Under the pieces are notes generated by a model. It made no database searches and was not told where the DNA came from. It saw nothing but the letters and a program-made list of their open reading frames with translations. A program made the translations under genes and the position numbers. A DNA stretch of 64,000 bases from Oscillospiraceae bacterium. Lineage in GTDB: Bacteria > Bacillota > Clostridia > Saccharofermentanales > Saccharofermentanaceae. Positions within the stretch are counted from its first letter, which is position 1. Every line of letters starts with the position of its first letter. Positions 10,089 through 19,685 of the stretch are shown here, piece by piece. Location: positions 11,193 through 75,192 of the forward strand of contig CADAIP010000006.1 of NCBI GenBank assembly GCA_902787975.1. The letters are read 5' to 3'.

Positions 10089-10760
10089 ATGAAAAGATTT
10101 GTTGTTACATTTGCAAGAGGATTCGGTTCGGGCGGTAAGGAGATCGCTTCGATCCTGGCCCACGATCTGGGCATTCACTGCTACGAGAATCGTATCCTCA
10201 CTCTCGCAAGCCAGCTGAGCGGACTTGACGAAAAACTCTTTAGTGAGGTCAACGAAAAGATAAGATCCAACGGCGGTTTCAGAAGCATGATGCGCGGACT
10301 GCCGAGATCGAGAAATTACATCGCGAAGAACGAGAAATTCGTTTCCGATGACAAGCTCTTTGAGTACCAATGCGAGATCATCAACAACCTTGCCGATCAG
10401 GAATCTTGTGTGATCGTAGGTAAGTGTGCCGATTACGTGCTGAGGAGCAGAGAAAACGTGGTGAGTATCTACATCGAGGCGCCCAGAGCATTTTGCAGAC
10501 AGAGAGTAATCGAGAACTTGGGTGTTACACCGGAAGTCGCTGATGCGACCATTACACAAACAGATAAGTACCGGGCAGATTATTATGCATACTACACTCA
10601 TGGCAACTACTGGACCAATCCCGTTAACTACGACATGACGCTTAACAGCGAGAAGGTAGGGCTCCGGGATTGCGTAAAGATCATCGAACAGTTTCTTATC
10701 CTTAAGGGTTATATAACTGAAGATGAGATTGGCAAAAAAGTTAAGAATGAAAAGAAATAA
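10089..10760 (+). CDS. Cytidylate kinase-like family protein
   Basis: 'VTFARGFGSGGKEIA', 'CVIVGKCADYVL', 'YDMTLNS'. Confidence 0.85.
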   Translation: MKRFVVTFARGFGSGGKEIASILAHDLGIHCYENRILTLASQLSGLDEKLFSEVNEKIRSNGGFRSMMRGLPRSRNYIAKNEKFVSDDKLFEYQCEIINNLADQESCVIVGKCADYVLRSRENVVSIYIEAPRAFCRQRVIENLGVTPEVADATITQTDKYRADYYAYYTHGNYWTNPVNYDMTLNSEKVGLRDCVKIIEQFLILKGYITEDEIGKKVKNEKK

Positions 10761-10775
10761 CAGGGGGCAATTATC

Positions 10776-11990
10776 ATGAAACTTGCAGATACAGGACTTA
10801 CATCACAGGACATTAAAGACAAAGTCAGTAAATATATGATAGAGACATACGAGAGATTCGATTTTCTCGCAGAGACCGCAAAGGACCAGTACATCTACGA
10901 TGAGAACGGCGAAGCTTATCTCGATTTTTATGCAGGCATTGCAGTCAACTCCGCAGGCAGCTGCAACGAAAAGGTAGTAGCCGCAGCGGTAGAGCAGACC
11001 AAGACTTTGATGCATACATTCAATTATCCATACACGATCCCCCAGGCGCTGCTTGCAGAGAAGGTCTGTGAAACGATCGGAATGGACAAGATCTTCTACC
11101 AGAATTCAGGTACTGAAGCTAACGAGGCCATGATCAAGATGGCGCGTAAATACGGTATCGAAAAGTATGGCCCCAACCGTTATCACATCGTAACAGCCAA
11201 GATGGGATTCCACGGCAGAACATTCGGTGCGATGTCAGCAACCGGCCAGCCGGGTAACGGCTGCCAGATAGGTTTCGGTCCTATGGCATACGGCTTCTCA
11301 TACGCTCCGTATAACGATCTGCAGGCATTCAAGGACGCATGCACCGAGAACACGATAGCTGTCATGATCGAACCTGTACAGGGCGAAGGCGGAGTCCATC
11401 CCGCAACAATGGAATTCATGAAAGGACTCCGTGAATTCTGTGACGAGAAGGGAATGCTTCTACTGATCGATGAGGTTCAGACAGGCTGGTGCAGAACCGG
11501 CAAGGTAATGAGCTTCATGCATTATGGAATCAAACCCGATATCGTTTCAATGGCAAAGGCCCTTGGCGGCGGTATGCCGATAGGTGCTATCTGCGCAAAG
11601 GCGGAAGTTGCAAAAGCATTCTCGGCAGGCTCGCATGGAACAACATTCGGAGGACATCCGGTAAGTTGCGCTGCAGCTCTTGCACAGGTAAATGAATTGT
11701 TAGACAGGGATCTCGCAGGCAACGCAGAAAAAGTCGGCAATTACTTTATGGAAAAACTTAAAACTCTTCCTCATGTTAAGGATGTAAGAGGCCAGGGCTT
11801 ACTTGTTGGTGTTGAGTTCGATGATTCCATCAACGCCGTTGATGTTAAACACGAATGTCTCCACAGACATCTTCTTATCACGGCAATAGGCGGTCATATT
11901 ATCCGTATGGTACCTCCGCTCATCATTACAGAGGAAGATTGTGATAAGGCATACGACATAATCAAGGCTTCTGTGGAGGCTCTTGGTTAA
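10776..11990 (+). CDS. Class-III PLP aminotransferase (acetylornithine/GABA/putrescine aminotransferase family)
   Basis: 'FHGRT', 'IEPVQGEGG', 'DEVQTG', 'AKALGGG' (PLP lysine). Confidence 0.9.
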   Translation: MKLADTGLTSQDIKDKVSKYMIETYERFDFLAETAKDQYIYDENGEAYLDFYAGIAVNSAGSCNEKVVAAAVEQTKTLMHTFNYPYTIPQALLAEKVCETIGMDKIFYQNSGTEANEAMIKMARKYGIEKYGPNRYHIVTAKMGFHGRTFGAMSATGQPGNGCQIGFGPMAYGFSYAPYNDLQAFKDACTENTIAVMIEPVQGEGGVHPATMEFMKGLREFCDEKGMLLLIDEVQTGWCRTGKVMSFMHYGIKPDIVSMAKALGGGMPIGAICAKAEVAKAFSAGSHGTTFGGHPVSCAAALAQVNELLDRDLAGNAEKVGNYFMEKLKTLPHVKDVRGQGLLVGVEFDDSINAVDVKHECLHRHLLITAIGGHIIRMVPPLIITEEDCDKAYDIIKASVEALG

Positions 11991-12004
11991 GGAGGCGTTT
12001 ACAT

Positions 12005-13153
12005 ATGAAGCATTTTTCTTTTTCGATTCCACAAAATGTGTATTTCGGCTGGGGGTGCCTTAATGATCTTACTTCCATAGCAGGTAAGATCGGTGCAACG
12101 AAAGCATTCATAGTCTCAGGTCCGCATCTTATGAAGACAGGTTATGTTGATATGTGTGCGGAAAAATTAGCACAAGCAGGAATTGCCAGCGAAGCTTTTA
12201 CGGAAACAGAGGGGAATCCGTCAACAGATACAGTCGAAAAGGCAGCTTCTAAGTTCAAGGTCAGCGGGGCAGATCTGATCGTTGCATTCGGCGGAGGTTC
12301 GCCTCTTGATGTTGCAAAGGCAGTTGCGTTATTAGGAAGCTACGGCGGAAAGATTACAGATTACGAGGGCGTTGGCAAAGTGCCCGGTCCGGTAGTTCCG
12401 ATGATCGCAATCCCCACCACCGCAGGAACAGGTTCGGAGGTTACATCCTTCTCTGTAATAACCGACCATTCAAGAAATTATAAGCTCACGGTAGGAAGCA
12501 CTTATCTTTTGCCTTCTTATGTGATACTTGATCCTGAACTCATTACCACAGTTCCGCTAAAGACATCTGCTTATTGCGGAGTGGATGCTCTGGTACACGC
12601 ATTGGAAGCATATCTGTCATTGGCTTCGTCTCCTTTCTCAGATATGATGGCGCTTCAGGCATTAGAGTTAATCGGTTCTAATATCAGAGACTACGTTGCA
12701 GACCGGAAGGACCGTAACGCTGCTGAAGGAATGCTGCTAGGCTCGCTCTTTGCCGGCATCGCTTTCTCTCACGCGAGACTCGGTGACGTTCACGCAATGA
12801 GCCATCCGGTCAGTGCATATTTCGATGTGGCACACGGACTTGCAAATGCAATATTGCTCCCGGTAGTCGTTGAGTTCAACGCACAAACTGACACCGGAAA
12901 ATACTACGAGATATACTGCCGTGTTGCAACAGATCCTGTTGCAAAAACAGAATTCAGATCCGAGTATCTTGCTAATGAATTACGCTTCCTGAACACATCA
13001 CTCGGCATACCGGGTTCACTGAAAGAAGTCGGAGTCGACAGCAGCAGATTCGAAGCAATGGCTGAAGATGCTATGAAGAGCGGCAATATAGCAGTCAACC
13101 CCAGAAAAACAACCAAGGAAGATATCCTTAGTCTGTACCATCAGGCGTACTGA
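12005..13153 (+). CDS. Iron-containing alcohol dehydrogenase
   Basis: 'GGGSPLDVAK', 'PTTAGTGSEVT', 'DALVHALE', 'HAMSH', 'HGLAN'. Confidence 0.92.
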   Translation: MKHFSFSIPQNVYFGWGCLNDLTSIAGKIGATKAFIVSGPHLMKTGYVDMCAEKLAQAGIASEAFTETEGNPSTDTVEKAASKFKVSGADLIVAFGGGSPLDVAKAVALLGSYGGKITDYEGVGKVPGPVVPMIAIPTTAGTGSEVTSFSVITDHSRNYKLTVGSTYLLPSYVILDPELITTVPLKTSAYCGVDALVHALEAYLSLASSPFSDMMALQALELIGSNIRDYVADRKDRNAAEGMLLGSLFAGIAFSHARLGDVHAMSHPVSAYFDVAHGLANAILLPVVVEFNAQTDTGKYYEIYCRVATDPVAKTEFRSEYLANELRFLNTSLGIPGSLKEVGVDSSRFEAMAEDAMKSGNIAVNPRKTTKEDILSLYHQAY

Positions 13154-13176
13154 TATCAGATTAAATATATTAATTT

Positions 13177-13212
13177 AAAGGAATGTCTCAGGATGCTGAG
13201 TCATTCCTTTTT
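13177..13212 (+). terminator. Intrinsic terminator
   Basis: AAAGGAATGTCTCAG-gatg-CTGAGTCATTCCTTT followed by Ts. Confidence 0.75.
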
Positions 13213-13251
13213 GTTAGGAAATTACACTAGTGTTGAAAGGGCCTGTATAGT

Positions 13252-13367
13252 GTACAGTTTTTTGCCTATGTAAAACGCACTAAAACATGGGCAAAAATCT
13301 GGATTTTGCAAGAATCAAGGTTTTCGTACAGTTTTTCGAACAAAAAACATAGGCAAAAAAATAGGCA
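13252..13367. repeat. Intergenic direct/inverted repeat element
   Basis: TTTTTTGCCTATG (13258-13270) is the exact reverse complement of CATAGGCAAAAAA (13348-13360); GTACAGTTTTT occurs twice (13252, 13326); a third partial copy CATGGGCAAAAA. Confidence 0.55.
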
Positions 13368-13495
13368 ATCGTTGTGGCCTATTTCGCCACTTCGGTACCT
13401 GAACTGTTGCTTAAGTATCTTATGGCGAAAATAATGCTGAGTGTTTCACATACTGCCTGCAAAGGTAGCGAACCGGAAAAAGTATCCTGAGGAAA

Positions 13496-14593
13496 TTACG
13501 GTGAACCGGCAGCTGACAGCGAATTGTTTTGTGATCTCAGTTGCCGCCTTATTCTGTTTATGTGCCGTTCAAAAGATCCGTTGTTTATAAGTTCAGTCAG
13601 GACGAGCTGCTCGAATGTCGGAACCGTGCATGAATAAAATCCGAGTTTCTTATTAAATGTCTCTATCAGGTGTTCAGGAAGGACCATATAGCCCACACGG
13701 AGTGCCGGAGAAATGGTCTTTGAGAAAGTATTCAGATATATAACATTGTCTTTTGTGGCCATCGAAAAAAGCGTCTCAACGGGTTTGCCCAAAACGGAAA
13801 ATTCAGATTCAAAATCGTCTTCAACAATTATCCTGTCAGATGAGTCAGCCCATCTTATGTATTCGTGACGTTTGGATGCGGAAGCTGATATTCCCGTGGG
13901 GAAACTTCTGAACGGTGAAATGTGCAGGACCTTTGCTTTTGTTTTGTTAAGTGCCTTGCTCTCGATTCCGTCATTTCCGAGCGCGAGCAATTCGTATTTA
14001 ACATTCGCGTTCTTATATACTTTTCTGATCTTTTCGTAAGAAGGATCTTCCAATGCGAATAACCTGTCATCTCCTATAAGACCTGCGATGAGATTATAAA
14101 GGTATTCAGCACCTGATCCGATCACGATTGCCGAAGGATCTATATGAATATCTTTGTTTCGTGCAAGGTATTTTGCAATGGCTTCACGGAATTCCAAAAG
14201 ACCTGCATTAGGTGATTTTAAAAGTATCTCATCCTGACGGTTGGTAAGGATGTTTCTCATTGTTTTAGATAAGACGGATACAGGGAAGACCAGACGGTCT
14301 GAGTTGCTGCCCAATGAAGTATTAGTTGATTGCATTTCATCCGGGAAAGATGAGAAACCGTCTGTGACGCGGAAGTCAACAAAGTAGCCGCTCTTCTCGA
14401 CGCTTCTGATATATCCTTCGTCACGGAGTAGATCGTAAGCGTGTGCTACTGATATAACGCTTACGCCTGATTCAGATGCAAGAGTCCTTTTGGACGGGAT
14501 CTTTGTATTGTAAGGATACACTCCGTCCACGATGTTTTTCTTGATCTGCTTATACAATTTCATGTATGCGGAGTCGTCTGTTTTGTTCTTCAT
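13496..14593 (-). CDS. MocR/GabR/PdxR family regulator (GntR HTH plus aminotransferase-like domain)
   Basis: 'KIPSKRTLA..SGVSVISVAHAYDLLRDEGYI', 'IVEDDFESEF', 'TFSKTISPALRVGY'. Confidence 0.9.
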   Translation of the reverse strand: MKNKTDDSAYMKLYKQIKKNIVDGVYPYNTKIPSKRTLASESGVSVISVAHAYDLLRDEGYIRSVEKSGYFVDFRVTDGFSSFPDEMQSTNTSLGSNSDRLVFPVSVLSKTMRNILTNRQDEILLKSPNAGLLEFREAIAKYLARNKDIHIDPSAIVIGSGAEYLYNLIAGLIGDDRLFALEDPSYEKIRKVYKNANVKYELLALGNDGIESKALNKTKAKVLHISPFRSFPTGISASASKRHEYIRWADSSDRIIVEDDFESEFSVLGKPVETLFSMATKDNVIYLNTFSKTISPALRVGYMVLPEHLIETFNKKLGFYSCTVPTFEQLVLTELINNGSFERHINRIRRQLRSQNNSLSAAGSP

Positions 14594-14687
14594 CTGGTTA
14601 TATAAAAAACTCCTGTTCTGGATATTTAATATATTCAGATAAGTTGTACCATAGTGTCATTCAGAAAACAACTTCTTCAGGAGATAT

Positions 14688-15125
14688 GGTACACAGCTTC
14701 ACATCCCGACGGCAATAGGACACATTAACCTCGGCGATCTGGTCATATTGGTAGCGGCATATATCCTTGGTCCCTTCTCGGCGATAGCAGGTGCAATCGG
14801 TGCAACGCTCGCAGATCTTACTGCCGGTTATCCGCAATACGCAATACCTACTTTTTTGATCAAAGGAATTATGGGACTTGTTGCAGGACTTCTTATGAAA
14901 CGCAACAGCGAAAACAAAGTTCCGTTAGTGCGCAAACTCATAGCTGCAGTAGTTGCCGAACTGATAATGGTAGCAGGATATTTCGGATTTGAATCTTTGC
15001 CTTTCATGTATGGCGTAGAAGCAGCATTAGGTTCAGTAGTACCTAATCTTATCCAGGCAGCTGCAGCGATAATCGGTGCCATTCCTCTTACCTATGTAAA
15101 GCTGTTCGACAGGATACGCGTATAA
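14688..15125 (+). pseudogene. 5'-truncated ECF transporter S component
   Basis: Frame from 14688 reads GTQLHIPTAIGHINLGDLVIL..., near-collinear with the intact paralog at 54135, but lacks the first ~26 aa; the RBS-ATG at 14686 is out of frame and stops after 10 codons. Confidence 0.7.
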
Positions 15126-15201
15126 CAAAATAATTCATATTTATAGCGGACATAAAAGGAGAATGGCCGGCGTTTTGCCGGCTGTTTTTCTTAATAGCCA
15201 A

Positions 15202-15435
15202 TCCCTGAAAGTTGTTTATTCCAAAGAAGTTCCTGTCCGTCCTCTGGAGGATATGTCGATCAGCTGCAGACAGCACTGCATATGTCCTTCAGGAACCGTC
15301 AGAAAATGTACCGAACGAAGAGACATTCCCGGATCAACGGCTTTTGTTCCGTCCGTAGTCGGGCTTATAATAGCAGGTGAAATAATTAATGATCTTTGCG
15401 AAGGCTACCGTGAAAGGGAGATGTTGAATTCATGA
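15202..15435 (+). pseudogene. C-terminal remnant of a ThiF-family TcdA/CsdL-like tRNA t6A dehydratase
   Basis: 'LKVVYSKE..P...C...CICP....KCTERRDIPGSTAFVPSVVGLIIAGEII' is the clostridial TcdA tail; the N-terminal ThiF domain is absent. Confidence 0.7.
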
Positions 15436-15653
15436 AATCCATCCTGATCAAAGACACGACACGTGAAGAACGCGAAGCAATCGTAAGGGCATCTCTTGAT
15501 TGTGGCGGCGGTTGCGAGAATTGTTCGTCCTGCTGGCTTGGCGGCGGATCGCCATGGGACATTTACCAAGACTATATCGACGGTAAACGCGAGATCAAAG
15601 AAATCAACATGGGATATATGGAAGAATACCGCCAGAACAGGCAGATCACCTGA
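15432..15653 (+). CDS. Small Cys-rich protein (CX3CX2CX2C), 73 aa
   Basis: ATG overlaps the upstream stop; 'TTREERE...CGGGCENCSSC...YQDYIDGKRE'. Confidence 0.7.
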   Translation: MKSILIKDTTREEREAIVRASLDCGGGCENCSSCWLGGGSPWDIYQDYIDGKREIKEINMGYMEEYRQNRQIT

Positions 15654-15664
15654 GGTTACGGTTA

Positions 15665-15868
15665 GTGGATATAGCACCTGACTTAATAAACTCCACCGAA
15701 GAAGAACGGAGAGAATATATAAGAAACAGATTTCCGTGTATTGCGTATTGCGATATGTGCGGCCTGTGTAAGGTCTTTCACGGCAAAGATCCTGAATCGG
15801 CCTATGAAGATTATATCCTCGGGAAGCGTTCATTTACTAAAGTATCTGCTGATTATAAAGGGAGATAA
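15665..15868 (+). CDS. Small Cys-rich protein (CX3CX2CX2C), 67 aa, paralog of the upstream gene
   Basis: 'STEEERR...CIAYCDMCGLC...YEDYILGKRS'. Confidence 0.7.
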   Translation: MDIAPDLINSTEEERREYIRNRFPCIAYCDMCGLCKVFHGKDPESAYEDYILGKRSFTKVSADYKGR

Positions 15869-15920
15869 TTGCAAACGTCTTTTGGCGTTTTTTGTTTTCA
15901 CAATATCGGATTTTGATTTG

Positions 15921-15970
15921 TTGAAACATGTATCAATTTGATATATGATTAATGTATCAAAATGATATAT
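15921..15970 (+). promoter_or_regulatory. sigmaA promoter with two 19-bp repeats (probable PadR operator)
   Basis: TTGAAA-N17-TATGAT; ATGTATCAATTTGATATAT (15928-15946) and ATGTATCAAAATGATATAT (15952-15970). Confidence 0.65.
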
Positions 15971-15981
15971 GGAGATTTGTC

Positions 15982-16548
15982 ATGGCAAGTGATAACAAAA
16001 TGAATCTGGTGATTCTGGGTCTGCTCGATCATGAGGACCTTACCGGATACGATATCAAGAAGCGGATCGACGGCAGTTTGCGCTATTTCTGGAAAGGCAG
16101 TTTCGGCAGCATTTATCCTGCTCTGTCTTCTTTGGAAGAGTCGGGCCTGATCAGAAACGTTAAGAGTAAAAGCAGCGAATCGGGAAGAGAAAAGATCGTT
16201 TATAAGATCACCGCTGCCGGCAGGAAAAATCTTCTCGCATGGCTCTCGGAATCGAAGTCATCGAACAGCCTTAAGTATGAGACTCTACTGAAGTTATACT
16301 TTGGCGGAGTTGCAGATAACGAAGTTTCAATTGCGACGGTAACTGAATTCGAGAAAGAGGTCGAATCTGATCTCGCTGTACTCAGAACATACAAGGATAA
16401 TCTGAGCACAGTGCTGGATGAGAGAGATCATGTCTTTTTCTATTTAACCGTCACCTTCGGTATTGAGACATACGAAGCATATCTTCGCTGGTGCGCCGAT
16501 GCGAAAAAGATTCTCTCAGGAAAGAAGATCGTGAGGAACAAAAGATGA
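15982..16548 (+). CDS. PadR family transcriptional regulator
   Basis: 'ILGLL...LTGYDIKK...FWKGSFGSIYPALSSLEESGLI', 'KIVYKITAAGR'. Confidence 0.92.
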   Translation: MASDNKMNLVILGLLDHEDLTGYDIKKRIDGSLRYFWKGSFGSIYPALSSLEESGLIRNVKSKSSESGREKIVYKITAAGRKNLLAWLSESKSSNSLKYETLLKLYFGGVADNEVSIATVTEFEKEVESDLAVLRTYKDNLSTVLDERDHVFFYLTVTFGIETYEAYLRWCADAKKILSGKKIVRNKR

Positions 16549-17021
16549 AAAGGATAATTATCTACTATTCACTGTCAGGAAATACAGAAGAAGCAGTTAA
16601 GTTAATAGCTGAACTGCTTGGTATTGAGACTCTGAAGATCGACACTGTAAAAGAAATGCCTAAATCATTTGCTGCGCAGCTTTTAATTGGCGGCGGTCAG
16701 GTCGCATTCAATAAGATTCCTAAGCTTAAACCGATTGATAAAGACCTTAGCATCTACGATGAGATCTTTATCGGAACACCAATATGGAACAGCAAGGGAG
16801 TGCCTGCCATCAATGCTCTGTTAAAAGATGAGACTGTCAGTAAGAAAGTCACCGGCCTAATCATTACATCCGGCGGCGGAGAAATAGATAAGTGCGTAAA
16901 AGCATTAAAAGACAGGATCCCGAATGTGAAATACCAGGTCTCTCTGCTCGACAGGAAGCATCAGGATTATCAGCAAAATGAAGGCAAGATAAAGAAGTTC
17001 GTTGAAGAGGTAAACAACTAA
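16545..17021 (+). CDS. Flavodoxin family protein
   Basis: 'YYSLSGNT', 'IFIGTPIW', 'ITSGGG'. Confidence 0.85.
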   Translation: MKRIIIYYSLSGNTEEAVKLIAELLGIETLKIDTVKEMPKSFAAQLLIGGGQVAFNKIPKLKPIDKDLSIYDEIFIGTPIWNSKGVPAINALLKDETVSKKVTGLIITSGGGEIDKCVKALKDRIPNVKYQVSLLDRKHQDYQQNEGKIKKFVEEVNN

Positions 17022-17098
17022 AATAAGCGCGTGTGGGCCCGGCAAATAATCACTGATCAGTACGAGTGATATAATTATCCTGTTGGGAGAAAAATCAA

Positions 17099-18397
17099 AT
17101 GGGAAAGTCAACGGGCAAGACCAAAAACAGATTCAGTATATTGTGTCTTGTAGGATTTATTCTAACGATCCTGCCTCTGCTATTGCTGCCGTTATACCTG
17201 ATGTTTCCAAGAAACTTTTTGGTAGGGAAAGCGCTGCCGGTATCTTTCTTGGTGCCGATTCTCGGATTCATAGTATCAATAGTAGGACTTATAACTGCGG
17301 GTATAAAAGGCAAAAGAGGCAAGGGATTTGGTATAGCGGGAGTCGTTCTGCCAAGTCTTGCCGTGACTGTAATTGCCTTAATTCTCGGTCCTTTTTTTAT
17401 AGGAAACGCTAGAACAGCCACAAGGCTTGCGGAAAATGAAATGTATCCGTTAGGTTATATGGGAGAGCCCAAGAACACGGAATACGATGTCAGTAAGTAC
17501 AGGATTCCCGGAGAATATGTTTTCTATTCCAATGACCTATCCGTCAGCGAAAATGAATTTGAGGCGTATGCCGAATCCAAATTGCAGACAATAGAGAACA
17601 CAACTGATATGAGTATCAGAGGCGTATATCAGGATTACAATTTTCTTATAGTCAGAAGTGACAAGCGAGATGCATGGCTGGAATCTAACAGTTCCGGCGG
17701 TTTCCAATATAATGACGGATATGCTTCTATCTCCTATGCAAGACAGGGAATGGAGTGGATGATAATTCCGGAGACACTTGCTGTATACCTGGATCCATCC
17801 GACAAATTTATAATCATTACTAATTGCAATGACTACAAAGTTATAGCAGAGTTTTTCGAAGGTATAGGAGAGGCTGTGCCGACTGAAGCAACGACTGAAG
17901 AGACTACAGAAACACAAGCACCCAACCCGCCTGAGTTTTATGATGAATACGAATCAGTCGTTTACCTCAGAGAAAACATTAATGAGGATATGTCCTTGCT
18001 CGACATAATCAATGTTTTCGATGAATCGTGCAAATATACCAGGGATGAAGATATGGATATGTTTAACCTGGAATTCGGTACGTTCAATTACAGCACTTAC
18101 GATCATTATGCCGATGAACATGTCGATTTGGGTAAGTACTACTGTTTCTGCATGGAAAGATGGTTTACTGCCGAGGACGGGCATGATTATATAATCTACG
18201 TAAGTGTCCTATATGAGGTTAACGACACCAATAAGGACTATAAGCACGTTAGGATGACTGATATCGATATCCCCAAAGGCTGTTCCGATTTCTTCGATTA
18301 CCTCCGCAAGTCATATGCATACGATTACGCCTCGACAGAAGACATAGCCGGAGTAGACATCTATATGATAGATATGGATTCTTATCAGGAGTATTAA
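17099..18397 (+). CDS. Hypothetical membrane-anchored protein (DUF4190-like N-terminus)
   Basis: Three N-terminal hydrophobic segments with 'GKGFGIAGVVL'; acidic extracellular part with a Thr/Glu linker. Confidence 0.6.
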   Translation: MGKSTGKTKNRFSILCLVGFILTILPLLLLPLYLMFPRNFLVGKALPVSFLVPILGFIVSIVGLITAGIKGKRGKGFGIAGVVLPSLAVTVIALILGPFFIGNARTATRLAENEMYPLGYMGEPKNTEYDVSKYRIPGEYVFYSNDLSVSENEFEAYAESKLQTIENTTDMSIRGVYQDYNFLIVRSDKRDAWLESNSSGGFQYNDGYASISYARQGMEWMIIPETLAVYLDPSDKFIIITNCNDYKVIAEFFEGIGEAVPTEATTEETTETQAPNPPEFYDEYESVVYLRENINEDMSLLDIINVFDESCKYTRDEDMDMFNLEFGTFNYSTYDHYADEHVDLGKYYCFCMERWFTAEDGHDYIIYVSVLYEVNDTNKDYKHVRMTDIDIPKGCSDFFDYLRKSYAYDYASTEDIAGVDIYMIDMDSYQEY

Positions 18398-18398
18398 C

Positions 18399-19001
18399 GT
18401 GGATCTTTTCTCAAACGATAAACAAAACAAACTGATCAGCGATGCTAAAGACTACATTGCAAAGCTGTTTGAAGGACACTCGGACGGACACGATCTTGAC
18501 CACAGTCTGAGAGTGTTTTCAAATGCGGTTGCTATCGCCTGCAAAGAGCCTCCGTGCGACATGGAAGCAGTCGCGCTCGCAGCACTTTTGCACGATGCCG
18601 ACGACCACAAACTTTTCGATACGGTGAATAATCAGAATGCAAGAACGTTCCTTGAAAGTCACAATGTTGACAGTGACAAGATAGACTTCATCTGTACAAT
18701 CATCAACTCAGTTTCATTCAGCAAGAACAGAGGCAAGACTCCGGATTCTCTTGAAGGTAAGATCGTCCAGGATGCTGACAGATTAGATGCTATGGGTGCG
18801 ATCGGAATTGCACGCACATTTGCATATGGCGGAAAACACGGCAGGCCGCTTGATGGCGGAATAGAACATTTCCACGAGAAACTTCTTCTTTTAAAAGACG
18901 AGATGAATACCCAAACCGCACGTGAACTTGCCGAATCAAGACACGCATTCCTGGAAGAATTCCTCGCACGTTTTGAAGAAGAGAATAATGTGGAGATATA
19001 A
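18399..19001 (+). CDS. HD domain phosphohydrolase (YedJ-like)
   Basis: 'HDLDHSLRV', 'LLHDADD', 'VQDADRLDAMGAIGIARTF'. Confidence 0.9.
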   Translation: MDLFSNDKQNKLISDAKDYIAKLFEGHSDGHDLDHSLRVFSNAVAIACKEPPCDMEAVALAALLHDADDHKLFDTVNNQNARTFLESHNVDSDKIDFICTIINSVSFSKNRGKTPDSLEGKIVQDADRLDAMGAIGIARTFAYGGKHGRPLDGGIEHFHEKLLLLKDEMNTQTARELAESRHAFLEEFLARFEEENNVEI

Positions 19002-19043
19002 TTTGATAGTAGTGTTTGAATTGTTGCATAGAAGGAAAGTAAC

Positions 19044-19604
19044 ATGAAACGCAGAGTGAGAGTATCGATAATCGTATGTATCGTGTTTGCGTTGCTGTCT
19101 TCCTCTGCATTCTTTTTGTATGGATATTTAGGAGGCGGGCATCCTGGAATCAGCAGTCAGTCCTTTGCGCCCGTCAGGATCAAAAAAGTTCATGATGAAG
19201 AGGATATATCGGTAAAAATATATCCGGTCGGGATATTGCCTCACGGCTATGAAGCCGGTGAAATCCCGTTGAATTCCATTAAGAAAGGCTGGATCATAGC
19301 GCAATACAAAGGATATTGCCGTGTGATGTTTGAGACAGATGATGAAGAATACTATTATGTTCAACCGGTACCAAGAGACAGGTTAAGGGTGACCGATCTT
19401 ACAGCAAGATTGGGAGATGAACCGGAAGACCCATTTGCAGAAGGTAAAACGGTAATGCTCCCTGATTGTTCTGTCAGAACGGAATTGGGCGATTATAATT
19501 ATCCGAGATACGGGACACTACTCTGTGTAGCAATTAATGCCGTATTCATCCTTATTGCAGTCGGAATAAATCTGATAGCAAACGCGGTTGAAAAGAGAAG
19601 GTGA
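19044..19604 (+). CDS. Hypothetical membrane protein
   Basis: N- and C-terminal hydrophobic helices; AAGGA RBS. Confidence 0.6.
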   Translation: MKRRVRVSIIVCIVFALLSSSAFFLYGYLGGGHPGISSQSFAPVRIKKVHDEEDISVKIYPVGILPHGYEAGEIPLNSIKKGWIIAQYKGYCRVMFETDDEEYYYVQPVPRDRLRVTDLTARLGDEPEDPFAEGKTVMLPDCSVRTELGDYNYPRYGTLLCVAINAVFILIAVGINLIANAVEKRR

Positions 19605-19685
19605 TGATGGCTTTGTCAGAACCTTTTCCTGTTTTCGACGATTCAGTCTGTCGTTTGTATTATGTTGAAGGAGCGTGTAAGTGAT

